From Octopus vulgaris (lineage: Eukaryota): a DNA stretch of 64,000 bases. Shown here piece by piece: positions 22,738 to 33,681 of this stretch. A program made the translations under genes and the position numbers. The stretch is taken from the NCBI GenBank assembly GCA_951406725.2, contig OX597829.1:56172001-56236000 (forward strand), given 5' to 3'. The stretch's first letter is position 1, and each line of letters begins with the position of its first letter. The notes below the pieces were generated by a model. That model did not search any database. It saw nothing but the letters and a program-made list of their open reading frames with translations, and had not been told where the DNA came from.

Positions 22738-25622
22738 GGGCAAATCGAAGTGAAGTTGATACCCCCGGCAACGATGCTATCTCTGATGCCCTTTATTCTG
22801 CTTGTTCCCCAACTCCCGCCCCTCAGACTTCACAGCTCAGCATCGTCTACACCAACTCGTGCTCCTTATTCCCAAAGTTCAGTGAACTATTTACACTGGC
22901 CATACGTGACTCCCCTGATGTGATAGCTATCACCGAGACTTGGCTGACTCCAGCAGTAAAGGACTCAGAAATCCACCTGCAGGGCTACGTCCTTTTCAGA
23001 TGTGACAGAGGAAAAAGGCGAGGTGGAGGTGTTGCTGTGTATGTTAAGTCTGAGCACAAACCGTCCTGCGGTATTCTACCCACAAATGCTCAACCTACAA
23101 CAAAATTCGATGCCGTCTATTGCAAGCTGAGCCTATCTGAGTTTTGCCTGCCCGTGTTAGCTGTCTACAGGCCGCCTCTTGCCGACCCCCAGGACGATGC
23201 TCATCTACTCGAAGCGATAAGATTCGTTTCAGCTTCGCATGACTGCTTGGTACTAGGCGACTTCAACGCTCCCACGATCGATTGGCCCGCATCAATTTGC
23301 ACAACATCTTCCCGGTTCGGCCAGGCCCTTCTTGACGTGGCTGAAGATTGTTTTCTATCGCAACATGTTGAATATCCGACAAGGCATCGGTCTGGGCAGC
23401 AGCCATCTATGCTAGATCTGGTATTCTCCCGCTATCCAAGATCAGTGTCAGACGTATCTGTGTGCGCCCCTCTTGCCAAGAGTGATCATGCGGTCCTGAA
23501 GTTCGTCATGCACACAACTTTTTCTACGCCCACGATTACTTCGCTGCCACGTAGAGTCTTCTCTGCAATTAATCTTGAAATTCTAACCGAGGCTTCCGCG
23601 CTTCTGGACTGGCGATCCCTGATGACGTTGTCCTCAGTTGACGAACTATGGTCATCCCTCAAAGCATATGTAATCTGTTTGACTGACCAGGCAGTTCCCG
23701 TTGGGCTTCCCAAGAGGAAGAAACACAAGCCCTGGGTGACGAAGAAGGTTAAACGAGAACGTCGACTCAGAGATATTGCTTGGGCTGAATTCAAAAATCT
23801 GGATTCGACTGCAGCTTTTGAGGTGTACAAAACTCAACGAGACCGAGCCGTGAAAATTGAAAAGAAAGAACGCTTCAGTTATGAATACAAAATCGCGGCA
23901 AATGCCAGTAGCAATCCAAAAACCTTCTTTGCCCATGTCCAGCGGAATTCCCGCTTGAACAACCAGATTGCAACGTTGGTAGACTCAACAGGCGTATCGA
24001 TTGAGGACCCTTATCAACAGAGTCAATTATTTGCCGAGGCTTTTTCAACTATTTTCAAACAAGATGATGGTCGTGAACCCCCTCCATTTGATAGATCGGT
24101 ACCTCCAATGCTTCGATTGGTCATCACGCGGGACGAAGTCAAACGTGTTATTCAAGGCCTCGATGTCAACAAGGGTCACGGCCCTGACGGCATACACCCA
24201 CGGGTTATCAAAGCGTTGGCTCCGGTCATCTGCGAGCCCTTAACACGTCTATTCAATATGTCATTGGCGACGGGTGTTATACCTGCAGACTGGAGAACAG
24301 CAATAATCTGCCCAATTTTCAAGAAAGGGAGCCGCGAAGACCCGCTTAACTACCGACCGGTTTCCCTTACATCAATAATCAGCAAGATGTTCGAAACCAT
24401 CCTTAAGAAAAGTATGATGCCCCACCTCCTAAACACAGCCTCGATCACTGATTCCCAACACGGCTTCGTGCCGAAGAGATCATGCTTGACCAACTTACTA
24501 ATAATGGAAGAATTGGTGACGCGCATCCTCGATGATAGTGATGCTGTTGACATCGTTTTATTGGACTTTGCCAAAGCTTTTGACTCGGTAAACCACCGCC
24601 TACTACTTGTCAAGCTTCAAGCATATAGTTTCCATCCGGATATTGTACGATGGGTTGGTGCCTTCCTCTCAGATCGCTCCTTCCAAGTTCAAGTTAATGG
24701 TTCGCGGTCCGACGTCTCCAGTGCGAGCAGTGGCGTGCCTCAAGGTTCAGTGCTTGGGCCCTTGTTGTTCTTAGTCTTCATAAATGACTTGCCCGACGAC
24801 CTCACGCAACACACCCTTCTATTTGCCGACGATATCAAACTGGTCGCTCCTCGCGGTAGTATAGAAGATCTTCGTCGATGCCTCCACCAAATTTGGAAGT
24901 GGTCTAACGATTGGGACCTGTGTCTGAACGTGTCAAAGTGCTGTCATCTGCCTGTCGGCTCTACTCCTGCAACTCAACTTGATTTCGAGCCGGGTCGTCT
25001 GCTGCTGGAGAGGACCGATCAGGTAAAGGACCTGGGTATCTTGGTGGTTTCCTCCTTTTCGCCTTCGGCCCAGTGCGTCCATGCTGCCAACAAAGCGCGC
25101 GGAATTCTGTTTTTGATTCGATGGTCATTCGGAACGCTCACAGCAGCCATATTCCTACCACTCTATGTCACGCTGGGGAGACCCATATTGGAGTATGGGA
25201 TTCAAGCCTCTTCTCCTTATCTCCTCAAAGACATACAGCATCTCGAAAGAGTCCAGAGGCTGGCTACCCGCATGGTTCATGGTCTCAAAAATTTGTCCTA
25301 CGAAGAAAGGCTGAGGACGCTCGACCTTTATTCTCTTGAAAAACGCTGCCGCCGTGGTGATCTCATTCTCGCCTACAACATCATAAGCGGGAAGTGTAAC
25401 CTCTCGAAAGAGCTGTTCTTCACTCCTGCTCCGGAGCGTCGGCTGCGGGGTTATTCCGAAAAGCTCTACCTGCGACGATTTCATCTCAATCGAAGGAGAG
25501 GAGCTTTCTCCGTCCGGGTTGCAGATCCGTGGAACAAGCTGCCAGACGAGATGGTGAAGATGCCGACGACCGCTTTGTTCAAAGCCTCCCTGGACCTCAA
25601 GTGGCCTGAACTCTTTACATGA
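22734..25622 (+). CDS. LINE ORF2: AP endonuclease + reverse transcriptase (962 aa, uninterrupted)
   Basis: APE motifs ITETWL, GGGVAVY, YRPP, GDFN, LDLVF, SDH. RT motifs GPDG, NYRPVSLTS, QHGF, DFAKAFD, GVPQGSVLGP, FADD. True start unclear (no early ATG). Confidence 0.95.
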   Translation: MRANRSEVDTPGNDAISDALYSACSPTPAPQTSQLSIVYTNSCSLFPKFSELFTLAIRDSPDVIAITETWLTPAVKDSEIHLQGYVLFRCDRGKRRGGGVAVYVKSEHKPSCGILPTNAQPTTKFDAVYCKLSLSEFCLPVLAVYRPPLADPQDDAHLLEAIRFVSASHDCLVLGDFNAPTIDWPASICTTSSRFGQALLDVAEDCFLSQHVEYPTRHRSGQQPSMLDLVFSRYPRSVSDVSVCAPLAKSDHAVLKFVMHTTFSTPTITSLPRRVFSAINLEILTEASALLDWRSLMTLSSVDELWSSLKAYVICLTDQAVPVGLPKRKKHKPWVTKKVKRERRLRDIAWAEFKNLDSTAAFEVYKTQRDRAVKIEKKERFSYEYKIAANASSNPKTFFAHVQRNSRLNNQIATLVDSTGVSIEDPYQQSQLFAEAFSTIFKQDDGREPPPFDRSVPPMLRLVITRDEVKRVIQGLDVNKGHGPDGIHPRVIKALAPVICEPLTRLFNMSLATGVIPADWRTAIICPIFKKGSREDPLNYRPVSLTSIISKMFETILKKSMMPHLLNTASITDSQHGFVPKRSCLTNLLIMEELVTRILDDSDAVDIVLLDFAKAFDSVNHRLLLVKLQAYSFHPDIVRWVGAFLSDRSFQVQVNGSRSDVSSASSGVPQGSVLGPLLFLVFINDLPDDLTQHTLLFADDIKLVAPRGSIEDLRRCLHQIWKWSNDWDLCLNVSKCCHLPVGSTPATQLDFEPGRLLLERTDQVKDLGILVVSSFSPSAQCVHAANKARGILFLIRWSFGTLTAAIFLPLYVTLGRPILEYGIQASSPYLLKDIQHLERVQRLATRMVHGLKNLSYEERLRTLDLYSLEKRCRRGDLILAYNIISGKCNLSKELFFTPAPERRLRGYSEKLYLRRFHLNRRRGAFSVRVADPWNKLPDEMVKMPTTALFKASLDLKWPELFT

Positions 25623-26692
25623 ACACCACCCTGTACTTAACTCCATGTCCCCCTACATGGCCTTGCTATTTGCTTTTGAGCCAAATTAACTAACTAACTA
25701 ACCAACCCTGGATCAAGCGAAGACTGAGGGATGATGAGAGGCACCTCGAGTGCCAACAAGCCCTCTTAGTCCTCTACCAGTCGGGCATTGCGGTCGGTGG
25801 AAATTCTACCTCGGTGTTCTATAGGGAGTTAATGAAGGACATGTATGACGACGTCCTTGTGGAAACTCTGGGCTTCAATGAAGAATAAGTGGCCGATCTT
25901 TCCCAGAGGTCTTTCGGTCCGGGGCCTATGGGTAACAGAAATCCCCGGCCTGGCAATGCTACCGGGGAGCGTTGCCGGTTCGGGATAAAATCCACAGGCA
26001 GTCAGAGTTGCCCGAGATGTGCACAGAGTACAAATCTCGTCCAGGGTCCTATAATTTCTGATGCGTGGGTTAATGTCGAGCACTTGCTGTCGCGTTGCAG
26101 CACGGATCCGGCTATCAACTGAGTCTATTGTTACGATTGCACTGCCCTCTTCCTTTGGTCGGGAAAGCCGGACAGTTTTCATGTCCCTGGAGGCCATGGC
26201 GAAAGAGGTTGTGTGATGGACAAGACTGAAAGGGCACTTTCCTCTCTGGCGAATCTCTGATCAACTTTTTCAGGTTTCACTTGAAGAGGCGGACCAAAGA
26301 GGAGGAGAAAGGTGCTCCCTTCTAGCAAGTTTATTGAAAAGTGATGAGAGTGGCGAGCATGGTTCGTGTGAATAGGCCTGTTCTGAGCATGCTCTGGACC
26401 AACTCTGGAGTAAAAGGGAGAGGAAACACTTGCCTAAGTGGTCAGGGAAACCAGGATTTTCTGTGGGGATAGCACGGTTTTCCCTTGGAAGCCTCCCATT
26501 ATTGAGGAATTGTATTTGTTTAATTTCATTGTTAATTTTTGTTATTGTTTTATGTTTACTCGGTAAACCCTTCTGTTTGTGTCCGTTTGTGCCTTTGTAT
26601 TTGCGTCCCTGTATGTTCAATGTAGGCCCATGTGGCCAATAAAGAAAACATCATTATTGTTGTTGTTGTAGTTGTAGTTGTTGCTGTTGTGG

Positions 26693-26778
<86 letters not shown>

Positions 26779-26781
<3 letters not shown>

Positions 26782-27701
26782 TAGTTTTATTTTTATAGCG
26801 TGCTTTCACTTCACTACCGAGCGCAGCTCTGTGTGCCTTGGGTATGTGCTGTGATTTGTGATGCTCTGATGGTTATTGTATGGAAAGTGTTCTGCGTAGG
26901 ATGTGTGCAGTGCCTAGTAGTGCAATTTTCTGTATGTTATATGTGTTTGTAAGTCCTGGTGTTTTTGTTATGTATTTGTCTGAATATTTTTTTATCATGC
27001 CTAATGCACCTATGATAGGAATTGTTTCTGTTTTCAGGTTCCACATTCTAGTTACCTCTATTTCCAGGTCTTTGTATTTTGAGAGTTTCTCCATTTCTTT
27101 TAGAGACACGTTGTCATCTGGCGGTATTGATACATCAATTAGAAAGCATTTTTTTCTTCATGATCTCTGACAACTATATCTGGTCTGTTGGCCTTAATTT
27201 CTCTATCTGTGTGTATCGGCATATCCCAGAGTATGGTTGCTTTCTCGTTTTCTGTGACCTTTTCTGGTGTGTGCCTATACCATCTTTTTTCTGTTGTTAT
27301 TCCATAATGTTGGCATAGCTTCCAATGTATGTAGGTTCCAACTCTGTCATGTCTGTGAATATATTCCTTCTTAGCCAGGACTGGGCAGCTAGAGATAATA
27401 TGATTTATTGTTTCTTGTCCATCTCCACATATTCTGCAGTTACTTGTAATATTTCTTTTCATTACATGTTTTTGGTAATTTCTGGTGGGGAGGCTTTGGT
27501 CTTGTGCTGCAATTAAAAATCCCTCTGTTTCTGCTTTGAGTCCTGAGCTTCTCAACCATTGCTGGGATTTTTCTTTGTCTATTTCTTTTGCGTTTAGTTT
27601 AGTGCAGTATTTACCATGAAGGGGCTTTTCTTGCCATCGTTTTATCATGGCTCGTTGCTGTTCTATTTTTAGTTTGGATTTCATTTGTTTTATAGCTTTT
27701 G

Positions 27702-27705
<4 letters not shown>
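26779..27705 (-). mobile_element. R4/Dong-type RLE LINE, 5'-truncated, well preserved
   Basis: CRICG..ETINHIISSC zinc knuckle, RHDRV, ILWD, NRPDIVV and KLSKYKDL, with a frameshift near 27145. (TTA)n on both sides. Confidence 0.9.
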
Positions 27706-27788
<83 letters not shown>

Positions 27789-27795
27789 ATTATAT

Positions 27796-29830
27796 AGGCT
27801 GCTAACTCTCACAACTTGAGAGCACTGTATGACAATCTGAAGGATGCATTTGGTCCAAGAAAGGGTGCCACAGAACCTATTCTTTCTAACGACGGAACAA
27901 AATTCTTAAGTAGGAAAAATGAAATTTTGAAAAGATGGACTGATCACTTTAAATCTATATTAAATCAAGAATCCACGACCGATCCTGAAGTAATCAACGA
28001 AATCTCCCCAGTGGCCTATAATTGAAGAACTAGCGGAAGATCCTTCCTTGAGATAAGTACTGCTATCAAAAAACTTTCCAATGGTAAAGCTCCTGCACAA
28101 GATGGTATTCGCATAAGGATGTACAAGTATGGTCGCAGACAACTTGACCTACTTCATCTGGGAAACTGGATCTGTTCGCCAGCAGTTCAAAGATGCATTA
28201 ATAATGCATTTGTACAAAAACAAAGGGAAGAAGAGTGTATGTGATAATCACAGGGGAAATAAGCTTGTGCATAGCTGGAACAGTTCTTGCGGGGGTGATC
28301 CTTAACCACATTAATAAACACGTAATAAAAAGTATAGATCCTGAATCCCAATGCGGATTTTGGGCTGGAAGAGGCATATTTGGTGTGATATTTGCCCTCC
28401 AACAAGTTCAAGAGAAAGCGCGTGAATAAAATTCTGACTTGCACATGGTCTTTGTTGACTTGAGCAAGGCCTTTGATATGGTGGATTATGAGGTGCTTTG
28501 GAAAATCAGGTTTTCCTGATAATTTCTGATGATTACGGTAATAGTATCTCTGCACAAAGTAATGATGGCAACAGTGATATCTCACAGTCAATGTTCAGGG
28601 GCATTTTCTGTTGCCATTGGAACCAAACAGGGATGTGTTTTAGCCCCAGGACTTTTTTCCATATTCTTTTCAGTGATGCTCCAACATGCTTTCAGGGATT
28701 ACCATGAAGATATAAAATTCCAGTTTCGCACAGAGGGAGGTCTATGAAACCTGAAAGGGCAAAATTTCAGATCAAAGAAAAAGACCAAGGAGGGGATCAA
28801 GATTGACTTTGCTTGCTGATGATTGTGCTCTGATTTCTCATTCCTTTGAGGGAATCCAGGAAACGGTCGACAGGTTTGTTAGGGCAGCTCATGCATTTGT
28901 ACTGACTGTTAGCATCAAAAAGACTGAAGTTTTATTCTAACCAAAGTCTGGGGCAGAACATACTCAAGATTCAAATGTGATGATAGACAACAAACCACTC
29001 AAATGGGTCAGGTCATTTAAATATCTTGGAAGTACAGTGAACTTTAAGATCACTCTTGATGACGAAATCAATGTTAGAATAACTAAGGTTACAAGTGCTT
29101 TTCGCCTATCATTTGTGAGATGAACACGATATCAGTGTGAAAGCTAAAATAAATGTATACAAATCTTATATTTTGAGCACACTTTTGTAAGGAGTAGAAG
29201 CTTGGGTTCCCTACTGCAGACATGCAAAGAAACTTGAACCCTTCGACATGTGCTACTTGCACAACATATGCAACATAAACCAGCAAGAAAATATGTCCAA
29301 TGTTGAAATCTTAGAAGAATATGATATCTCCAATAACCAAAGCATGTTGAGGAGAATTCAGTGCAGACGGGTAGGACATAACCACATTCCGAGAATTGTT
29401 CTACATAGCCAGCAAGTGGAGGGATCTCGCAGCAGAGGAAGACCTCTCCTTAGGCATAAGGATAAATTGAAGCAATCATTAAAATCTCTAGCAACTTAAC
29501 CTGACATCTTGGGAAAGTTAGTGCCGAGATCGATCTGCATGGCGTAAAATGTGTCATGATGCATCCAGACAATTTGAGTTGAAGAAAAAGAACAACAGAA
29601 GAACTATATTCTGCAATCAACAGACACACTTGCCTAATCTCAGGCAAAATCAAAATCCTCATTATCCCCGTTGCGATTCCATACCAACATCTATACTTGG
29701 ACTGAAATTACATTCGCGCATCCATCGCAAATTGATGCAGCTTCTTACTTTTTTTCTTTCTATTACTCTCTTTAACGTTACGCCTTCTCCTTCAGACACT
29801 CATATGTCGAAACCGACGGGTGTGACCATC
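27796..29830 (+). mobile_element. Degenerate RTE (BovB-like) LINE RT region
   Basis: Broken frames retain GKAPAQDGI, CDNHRG, PESQCGF, VDLSKAFD, GTKQGCVLAP, ADD, FKYLGS and RSRGRP. Confidence 0.85.
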
Positions 29831-29840
29831 ATCATCATCA

Positions 29841-29902
<62 letters not shown>

Positions 29903-29904
29903 AT

Positions 29905-30200
29905 TGATTTGACTGAGGTTCGTTCTTATTCCTGATAGAATTTATGTGGGTAGCGGGTTACCACCTGTAACCTTAGGTATCCGCAGTCTTCCGATAGTCT
30001 TTCAAGTGTTTAGAATCCTCCTGATAATCTTTCTTCTCCCTAAGAAACAAATTTTCTGTACAAGATCTACAAGACATTCTATTCCAATCTCCTTCAAACA
30101 TTTGTCTATATCTTTGCTTACAGTTACCAATTACTTAGGCACAACCTTTACACTTTTCGTATTCTAAATTCTTATAATTTCAAATTGTAACAGATTATTT
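29905..30200 (-). mobile_element. R4/Dong-type 3' end, same subfamily as 16862-17150
   Basis: Shared TCTTATTCCTGA..GGGTAGCGG..CCTGTAACCTTAGGTATCC, abutting (TTA)n. Confidence 0.75.
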
Positions 30201-31429
30201 TTTTGTTTTTTGTTTTTTTGGGTTTTTTTTTTTTTTTTGTTAACCTTTCGGCGTCGATGTAATCGACTTGTCCATTCCCGAAATTGCTGGTCTTGTACCA
30301 AAAGTTAAAGCCATTATTTATTTATTTATTGTTAGGAAAATTCTCAGCTTATTTTGCAGGATATGATGGAAAGCGTCAGTTACCTACAGCCAACAGATTG
30401 ACGCTTCTCGCATCGTTAGTAATTTGATTTGTTCGTTTATGATTTCAAAAGTTGTTAGCTTTTAAATTTTGTTATGTAACATTTGTTAACGCCGCCCAGA
30501 CCACATACGACTGGTTAGTTTATTTGTTTGCTTTGAAAGTATTTTTTTTTAATACAGAGTTTATTGACTTAGTTTAATGGAGAGAGGCTTAAGAGAAAAG
30601 TCTAAGAGAGAATCGCAGCACACTCCACTAGATGGGGAGGAGAAAACTCTTCAAGTCTAAAGTCCAAAGAACAACACCACTGTTATTGCAGAAGTTAACA
30701 GTAGTAGCAACAACAAAAGAAACAGAAACGTCAGAAACAATACTTATTAAGGGAGAAGAACTTGTCAGGTTAAGATAGAAAGAGTCCACCTAGGTTGAAC
30801 ATCTAGCGTGTATCACTCTGGAGGGTAGTGAAACTTTTCTCGCAGTGAACCGAACGGAGAGGAACTTTGATCAGAGACCACAGTAAAAATCCTCCTCCAG
30901 ATCATTGAAAATAATAAGGCTGGAGACAAAAAATTGAGGGAGGATTTCCCCAATGTTGTGTAAAGTCCGAACATAAGGACTTCCCAAAGGAAACAAAAAA
31001 ACGCCCTGACACCGAGTTAGCGTCCTCCGGAATCACTCAATGGGTAAGTAACTTGTTTCCTTTTCTCTTTGCCTTTAAACCAATGGGGTGACCTTAAGAG
31101 GGTGTAGCATAACTGGACGTAGTCTAGGGTTACTTTGGAAGCAGGGTCGTTACGTCAATGTAGGTCATTAAGTATGACCTACATTGATCTTACCACAACG
31201 ACTAAATTCGTTCAATAAGACTGTATTCGTTCGATTGAAATGTTTCAATAAATGACGGTTGTCCTCAGAGCAGCCGGTTTCGGTTCCTTTTTCAGAAACT
31301 GACTTGCTTCAATGTACAGGGTTATCTACTGAAAGGTAAATCTATATAATTATCTCTCGAAACGTTCATCTCTTCTGTAATAATTAACTAGTAGCAGTGG
31401 TCAGAGAGGGGTATCTCATTGAAATTGGA

Positions 31430-32300
31430 GTGTGACTAGACCGTGTTAACACATTCAGATGATGTTACTGTGATGATGTCTGACACAGTGGATATCGAGG
31501 TAGTCTACACCGTTCTGAAGGAATATGAGCTGACGACAGGAGTAAAGATTAACCAACCAAGACACTCAGCATCTTACGCATAAAGGAAAGCCCTGACCAT
31601 TGACCAAAGCAGTTGGTGACTTTATCAATGAACCGGTTAAGTTACTTGATGCCCGGTTCAGTTTGAACCTCTATAGAAACTGGGGTGAGGTAAATGCAAT
31701 AGTAACCAGTCTCAAATCTCAAATGTCTGAGAGGAAGCTATACTCAAACGTTCGGGCAAAAGCCAACGAACGACAATATGGCCTCTCTTATGTATAACTG
31801 CCTTACCGTTCTACACACATTCGATTAGGGTCCGAGTATTGTTTTAATTGTGGATATATGTTGAACAGCTGCGTCACGTGTATGAAACATCCGGATACCA
31901 GTCGACTCCATCGTGAAGGTCTCTCCACCACCTTGCTTTTGTTGAGAACGGCAGGTAGGTTTCCTCTTCTAGCTTGTATGAAACAGTTTGGTAAATAATG
32001 CAACTGAAAGAATGAGTGCAGACATTTTCCTCTTCGACCAAACCCTTCCTGGTTTTCAAGTTCTACTTGAAGTGGAAGTTGGCATGGAGCAGTGGGAGGG
32101 GAGTAAATTTGTTAAAATGTGAGTGAGAGTGATGCGCTCAGCTCGAGTGTTGGTGCCTATTCTCAGCACAGACCAAAGAAAAATGGGTGAATTTATATAA
32201 TATGGCTGGAAGGTAAAATCACTGAACAATGTTTGGGAAAAACCACGCCAGAAATTAACAGAACATTGATGGCGAAAAATCTGCAAAATGTGATAAAATC
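31430..32300 (+). mobile_element. Older degenerate copy of the Tx1/L1-like element
   Basis: GATGATGTTAC, ACCGGTTAAGTTACTTG and AGAGGAAGCT resemble 20550-20830. May extend upstream to ~30560. Confidence 0.6.
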
Positions 32301-33013
32301 TGTTCGATGAGTCTTTTGTGGTGGGGGTTGGGGCTAAAACTCTAAATTACATATTCTCTTGATCAAGTAAATGGCTTCCCTCAGTTTTCTTCTTGTCCCA
32401 TCAGTAGACACAACATACATTCAAGTTTTAACAAATTATAGACAAAAAAATCATTATTGTTAACAGTGTTAATAGCAATGGCAGCAGTTTTGCTAGCATT
32501 GCCAGTAAGATCTTGGAGACACAGAGGATCTCAGAAAAGAAAAAGAAAAGAGGCTAAGGTTTATTACTAGAAGCAGTGCTGTCTTGCTTTTGAAATGCAT
32601 CCGAGAACTGACAAAGAAGAGACTAAGTTAGCTCTATTTTGTAAAAGAAAAAATAGAAAGCTTTTCTATGTACCCTTAATTTAACCGTCAGAATGTCTGG
32701 CCGCCGATCAGTAGAACATCGGTTTCTGTTGACATTGTCCAAAACATGGCACATGTAAAGGTGTCTCGTACTTAAGAATGAGATAGAGGCGATGCAAAAA
32801 ACGAAACCGGTGCGTCCTATTGTGACATACAGGGTCGTACTTCAGTTTGTTGGGAGATGGCTTACAAGAGATAATAACCAAGAATATTGGTAGTACTTAG
32901 ACTCTTAACTCTTCCTCAACTTCGCAGTACAGTCATATGCAATTTATATGGATCAATAAGTGTTTGCTATCTCTCGAAGACTGCAAAGTTATTTCGAAGT
33001 TGTATCCTGCTGT

Positions 33014-33185
33014 GGGCGCAGGAGTGGCTGTGTGGTAAGTAGCTTGCTTACCAGCCACATGGTTCCGGGTTCAGTCCCACTGCGTGGCATCTTGGGCAAG
33101 TGTCGTCTGCTATAGCCCCGGGCCGACCAATGCCTTGTGAGTGGATTTGGTAGACGGAAACTGAAAGAAGCCTGTCGTATATATG

Positions 33186-33224
<39 letters not shown>

Positions 33225-33438
33225 ATGTTTGTGTGTCTGTGTTTGTCCCCCTAGCATTGCTTGACAACCGATGCTGGTGTGTTTACGTCCCCGTCACTTA
33301 GCGGTTCGGCAAAAGAGACCGATAGAATAAGTACTAGGCTTACAAAGAATAAGTCCCGGGGTCGATTTGCTCGACTAAAGGCGGTGCTCCAGCATGGCCG
33401 CAGTCAAATGCCTGAAACAAGTAAAAGAGTAAAAGAGT
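33014..33438 (+). mobile_element. Full-length tRNA/CORE-type SINE, family B
   Basis: A-box TGGCTGTGTGG, B-box-like GGTTCAGTCCC, CORE-like CTTGGGCAAGT, internal (TA)(TG)n, GTAAAAGA tandem tail. Confidence 0.88.
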
Positions 33439-33460
33439 ACCGTGTGGACACACACAGGAA

Positions 33461-33681
33461 CGAGTGAGTGCTGAAAAGTTCCTAGTCATGGGTAGAAAGA
33501 AAATGCAAAAGGATCAGTTAATAATGATTTTATTCAACAGATTCCCCTCCTCTCGGATTCACACTCTTATTGCAGTGGTCCTTCAGTTTTTCTAAGCCCT
33601 GTAAAAGAACCCGGAAGGTTTGACCTCCAATCAGGATTTTCGCGATACTCTTAAATCCAGGAACTTTTCAGCACGCCCTCG
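33461..33681. mobile_element. Mariner-type MITE
   Basis: TIRs CGAGTGAGTGCTGAAAAGTTCCT / GGAACTTTTCAGCACGCCCTCG; TA at the right end. Confidence 0.8.

Larger units (their letters stand above)
21102..25702 (+). mobile_element. Near full-length, young CR1-group LINE insertion
   Basis: TSD CAACCCT at 21095-21101 and 25703-25709. (TAAC)4 tail at 25687-25702, 3' stem-loop CCATGT/ACATGG at 25643-25660. ORF1-like frames plus intact ORF2. Confidence 0.92.
20420..26648 (+). mobile_element. Degenerate Tx1/L1-like non-LTR element, split by the CR1 insertion
   Basis: 20420-21101 encodes a PLSP-like remnant, YADDVTI, VKLLGIWFG and LSLKGRA. The reading LTELQP|WIKRR resumes at 25703. Terminal AATAAA near 26638. 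Confidence 0.8.
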
